Source: Malacoraja senta
Taxonomy: Eukaryota
DNA: 64,000 nt
Direction of reading: 5' to 3'
Assembly: GCA_038087875.1 (NCBI GenBank)
Contig: CM075990.1
Span: forward strand, 6,016,001-6,080,000
A program made the position numbers and the translations under genes. The notes under the pieces were generated by a model. It was given only the letters and a program-made list of their open reading frames with translations, was not told where the DNA came from and did not search any database. Within the stretch, counting starts at the first letter, position 1; the number at the start of each line of letters is the position of its first letter. This document shows positions 60,821 to 64,000 of this stretch, piece after piece.

Positions 60821-61866
60821 TGAACGCTCAACAAAACATGTGGATGTACTGTTTTTAGTTCACTGGATCAAATATGTTTTTGTAAAAGAAACAATATAGC
60901 ATCAGCCTGTTGTCACAGCAGCATCTTTTAATTCCTATTGACCTGAGAAGCCAAATTCTGGAGCTTTCACATACATTGAAAATAAAAGTAAATATTCTGA
61001 GTTCAGGCACACTATGGGAGAAGGGGCCCTGTGGCTTAGAGTAGTGAAGGATACAGGCCCCTATGGATGCAGGACACAAGGCCTTGTGGATCAAGGGGAT
61101 GGGGGCTCATGAATCTAACGACATGATATGTGTTAAGCGATGACAAAGCCGAGTGAGATGTTCCAATTTCCACAGCATGAATCCACCTTCACTGGCTGGG
61201 AAACTGGGGACCGAGATCCACCAGCCCACCTGGAGAGCACCACGATCTCACAAACAGGCATCGGGTCAGGCAGCAGATCATTTTCTGGAGCTTTTCAAGG
61301 AGAGATTTGTGAGTCTCAAGCTCCAGACAGTGCAGCTGCTGGAGAAAGTAGGGCTGGGATAGGGGTGGGGAAAGACTAATCGGTGATCAGGGAGCTGTCC
61401 TCAGTCTAGACATCCAGCAGCAGTGGCAGGCCCACATCTTCATTTCTAATTGGCCAGTCATGTGGTTTGCATATCCAACACCAGACTGCAGAAACAGGCA
61501 TTGTACTGGAGGCAAGGGTACAGTTAAAATGGGATTGATCACCCACAGATGCTGCCTGGCTTGCTAAGTGTTTCTGCTTTTATTTCATATCTGCAACATC
61601 TGCACTGTTTTGTTTTGATTTTTAAACACCAATGCATGGATGCGCTGACTGGCTGAAGGTTAACATCTCCTGTACCTAGAAATGGGAAGGGGAAAGAAGT
61701 CATGTTAAGATCACACACAGTTTTCAGTTCAACGTCTGGAACCCTTCATTGAAATATATACTGAAGTTGAGGAGAAAAACACACAGACCAGGAGAGTTGT
61801 CGGAAAAAAAAACACATGGAAGAAAGATATGGAACACCATGAAATTAGGTGGAAGCAGTCAAGTAT

Positions 61867-61872
61867 TTTATT
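61867..61872 (-). terminator. Candidate polyadenylation signal (AATAAA) of the upstream annexin
   Basis: tttatt on the + strand, downstream of the stop at 62357. Confidence 0.4.
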
Positions 61873-62356
61873 TTTGAAAGACAGGCCATGACCTTTGACC
61901 CACTATTTACCAGAAGCTATTAAATAGTAAATGCAAACACAATATGCAACATGCTGAGCACTAATGACCATCAGGTCAAGAAATGCAGACATTTAATTTT
62001 ACATTTATCCCTTTGTTTAATGTTGACAGATTGCTGCTTCTTTTATCTTGTACAAGAATGCTTTTTGTTTAGGCTGAATTTTTAATACAAAGATTACAAA
62101 GCAGAGAGGTTGGAAAATAACAAATATGTACTGCGTATTTGGACGTTTTGGTAAAATTGACTCAAACATGAAATGTATTGGCAAACTGGTTATAAATATC
62201 GGAATCCAACTCTGCATTTAATCTGTTGAAGGACCTGCAAATTACAAACTGTTATCCTCACCTTTGTCACACAGAACATAAATAAATTGCGAATGAAACT
62301 GTGGATAATGCACCATATTCTAAGTCATGGCCTAATTGTAAAGCAGCCGATCTACT

Positions 62357-62422
62357 TCATTCATCTTCTTCCTTTCCACAGACTCGCAGCAAGATCTTCC
62401 GGAAATCACCTCCCACGTCATC
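62357..62422 (-). CDS. Last coding exon of a second, upstream annexin (DDVGGDFRKILLRVCGKEEDE*); the rest of the gene is presumably beyond the window end
   Basis: tttcccaatag acceptor, phase 0, annexin terminal motif xDxxGDFxxxLLxxCG, TGA stop; AATAAA about 490 nt downstream. Confidence 0.85.
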   Translation of the reverse strand, partial: DDVGGDFRKILLRVCGKEEDE

Positions 62423-62934
62423 CTATTGGGAAATGAAGCCACAATATTATCACTGAGCCACTGTGCTGAACCCATTTAGGTAATTAAACTGTAAAAACAC
62501 TAATCAGTATTATTGGGAACCACTTCTAAGCCGTGGTTTTCTACTTTTTTTCTTCCTTGTTTTTTGGTTCTGCTTTCCTTGGGAAATAAAATCACCTGGA
62601 TAATAAAAGCAGAACCCAAAAATCTAGCAAGTAGATACATTGCTAAACCTGTTTCCTACTACACAGAGCATGGCGACAGTGGTAATTTGCTTGGGAAAAT
62701 AATACATTATGACATGCTTTTAATTTGTGCGGTACTATTCTGAAATGATTAAATCAGCCAAAACAAGGAAAAGTGTCAATATACTGGGGAACAGGGACAG
62801 AAAAGCTCACAATAGGTCAAGTGAGCAGTCAAGTGAGCTTTGGAATGAGAATGGGACCATAATGGAATGATATTTGAAAGTACCCCATAATGGGCGATAA
62901 TCAAAGTAAGATTGAACACCAAGGAAATATGCAA

Positions 62935-63115
62935 CATGCTGGAGTGACTCAGCAGGTCAGTCAGCATCCCTTGAGAACATGGGTAGGTGATGTTTCCGAT
63001 TCCACCCCAAAACATCACCAATCCCTGTTCTCCAAGGATGCTGTCTGATCCACTGAGTTACGTCAGCATTTTGTGTCTTTCATTATCAAACCAGCATCTG
63101 CAGTTCCTTGTTTCT
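62935..63115. repeat. Inverted Penelope-derived repeat pair
   Basis: Same repeat family, head-to-head. Confidence 0.65.
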
Positions 63116-64000
63116 ATATTCTCAGATTGAACACCAGCTTTACAAAGTTGAAATAAGCCAGTTCAGGTGTCTCTTCTTCATTGCCTTTTCTATAAAGTCT
63201 GAAAATCGGCCAACATTTTTCATTATATTGTACCACTGTTGTGCAAATGAGCTGTCATGAAACCTTGTTCATCTCCAGGTCCAGGTCCAGCTCTGCCATT
63301 ATCTGAGCCGGGTATGTTTCTGGTCCAGATTAACCCAACGTAAATTTCCTTTCAGCTGGAACTGAAAACTTTGTACAACATAAAATAATTTGTGATTAAG
63401 TTTCAGCATATGTGCTTTACAGGAAATATTTTGCGAGTGAATTGTATGGATCCTACTCATGCTTGCAAATTTCCTGTAATTGGGATTTTGTATTGCTTTC
63501 TCGCCAAGACTCCACATTATAATTTTCTGAAGTTTGTAACTATTTTTACAGCACAATAGACATTGAAAACGGGGGGCTGTTTTCATCTAACTCCCCTTCT
63601 GTTCTGATGAGGGGTCTTTGACCTGAAACATTTACTTTGTTTCTCTTACCATAACTAATGCCCTCTTGCTGAGTGTCCCCAGCAGTTTGTGTTTTCATCC
63701 CTTCTACATAACAGCTTCATTAAAGATTGCCAAGTTATTATGACTTCTAGCCATTCTTTATTTATTCTCCACAACGATTTAGTCCAGTACCTGGCTAAAT
63801 GGATGCACAGTCAAAGAGGAAAGCATTTCTTGGGATGCAAATTTCCAGTATTGAAAAAGTTATTGTTAATGGAAAAGTAAATTACACTAAACATGTCTTT
63901 ACTTATTTTCCATGGTCGGGTGGTCAGTGTGTGTGGAGGGTGGGTGGAGGGGAGCGGAGGACGGGGGGGTGTTAGTATGCCATGTTTCCTCACCCATTGC

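Noticed and set aside
62340..62422. Splice read-through of the upstream annexin into the downstream one (an actual ANXA6)
   Set aside because: There is an in-frame TGA with no donor before it, a downstream AATAAA is present, and the second gene has its own Kozak ATG.

Overview
This is eukaryotic, repeat-rich vertebrate DNA. The repeat set (V-domain tRNA-SINEs with CR1 tails, CR1/L2/L1/Rex1 LINEs, Penelope relics) points to a cartilaginous fish, probably a skate or ray; that assignment is an inference. The main gene is a complete four-repeat annexin on the minus strand: 12 coding exons from 51856 to 17724, 323 aa, closest by eye to ANXA5, with all four type II Ca2+ sites intact. About 10.5 kb upstream on the same strand is the last coding exon of a second annexin (62357-62422), so this is a head-to-tail annexin pair. 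Downstream lies one well-preserved, apparently orphan exon of the neuropeptide receptor QRFPR (14212-14273), matching the human ANXA5-QRFPR order; a possible decayed further exon sits near 1.9 kb. The rest is mostly transposon-derived. It includes about 30 Penelope-derived terminal repeats carrying minimal hammerhead-ribozyme-like cores, often as fold-back pairs with target-site duplications, a young 5'-truncated Rex1-type LINE, Harbinger and hAT MITEs, and a perfect 110-bp inverted repeat inside an annexin intron. All homology statements come from recalled protein sequences, not from a search. Repeat boundaries are approximate.
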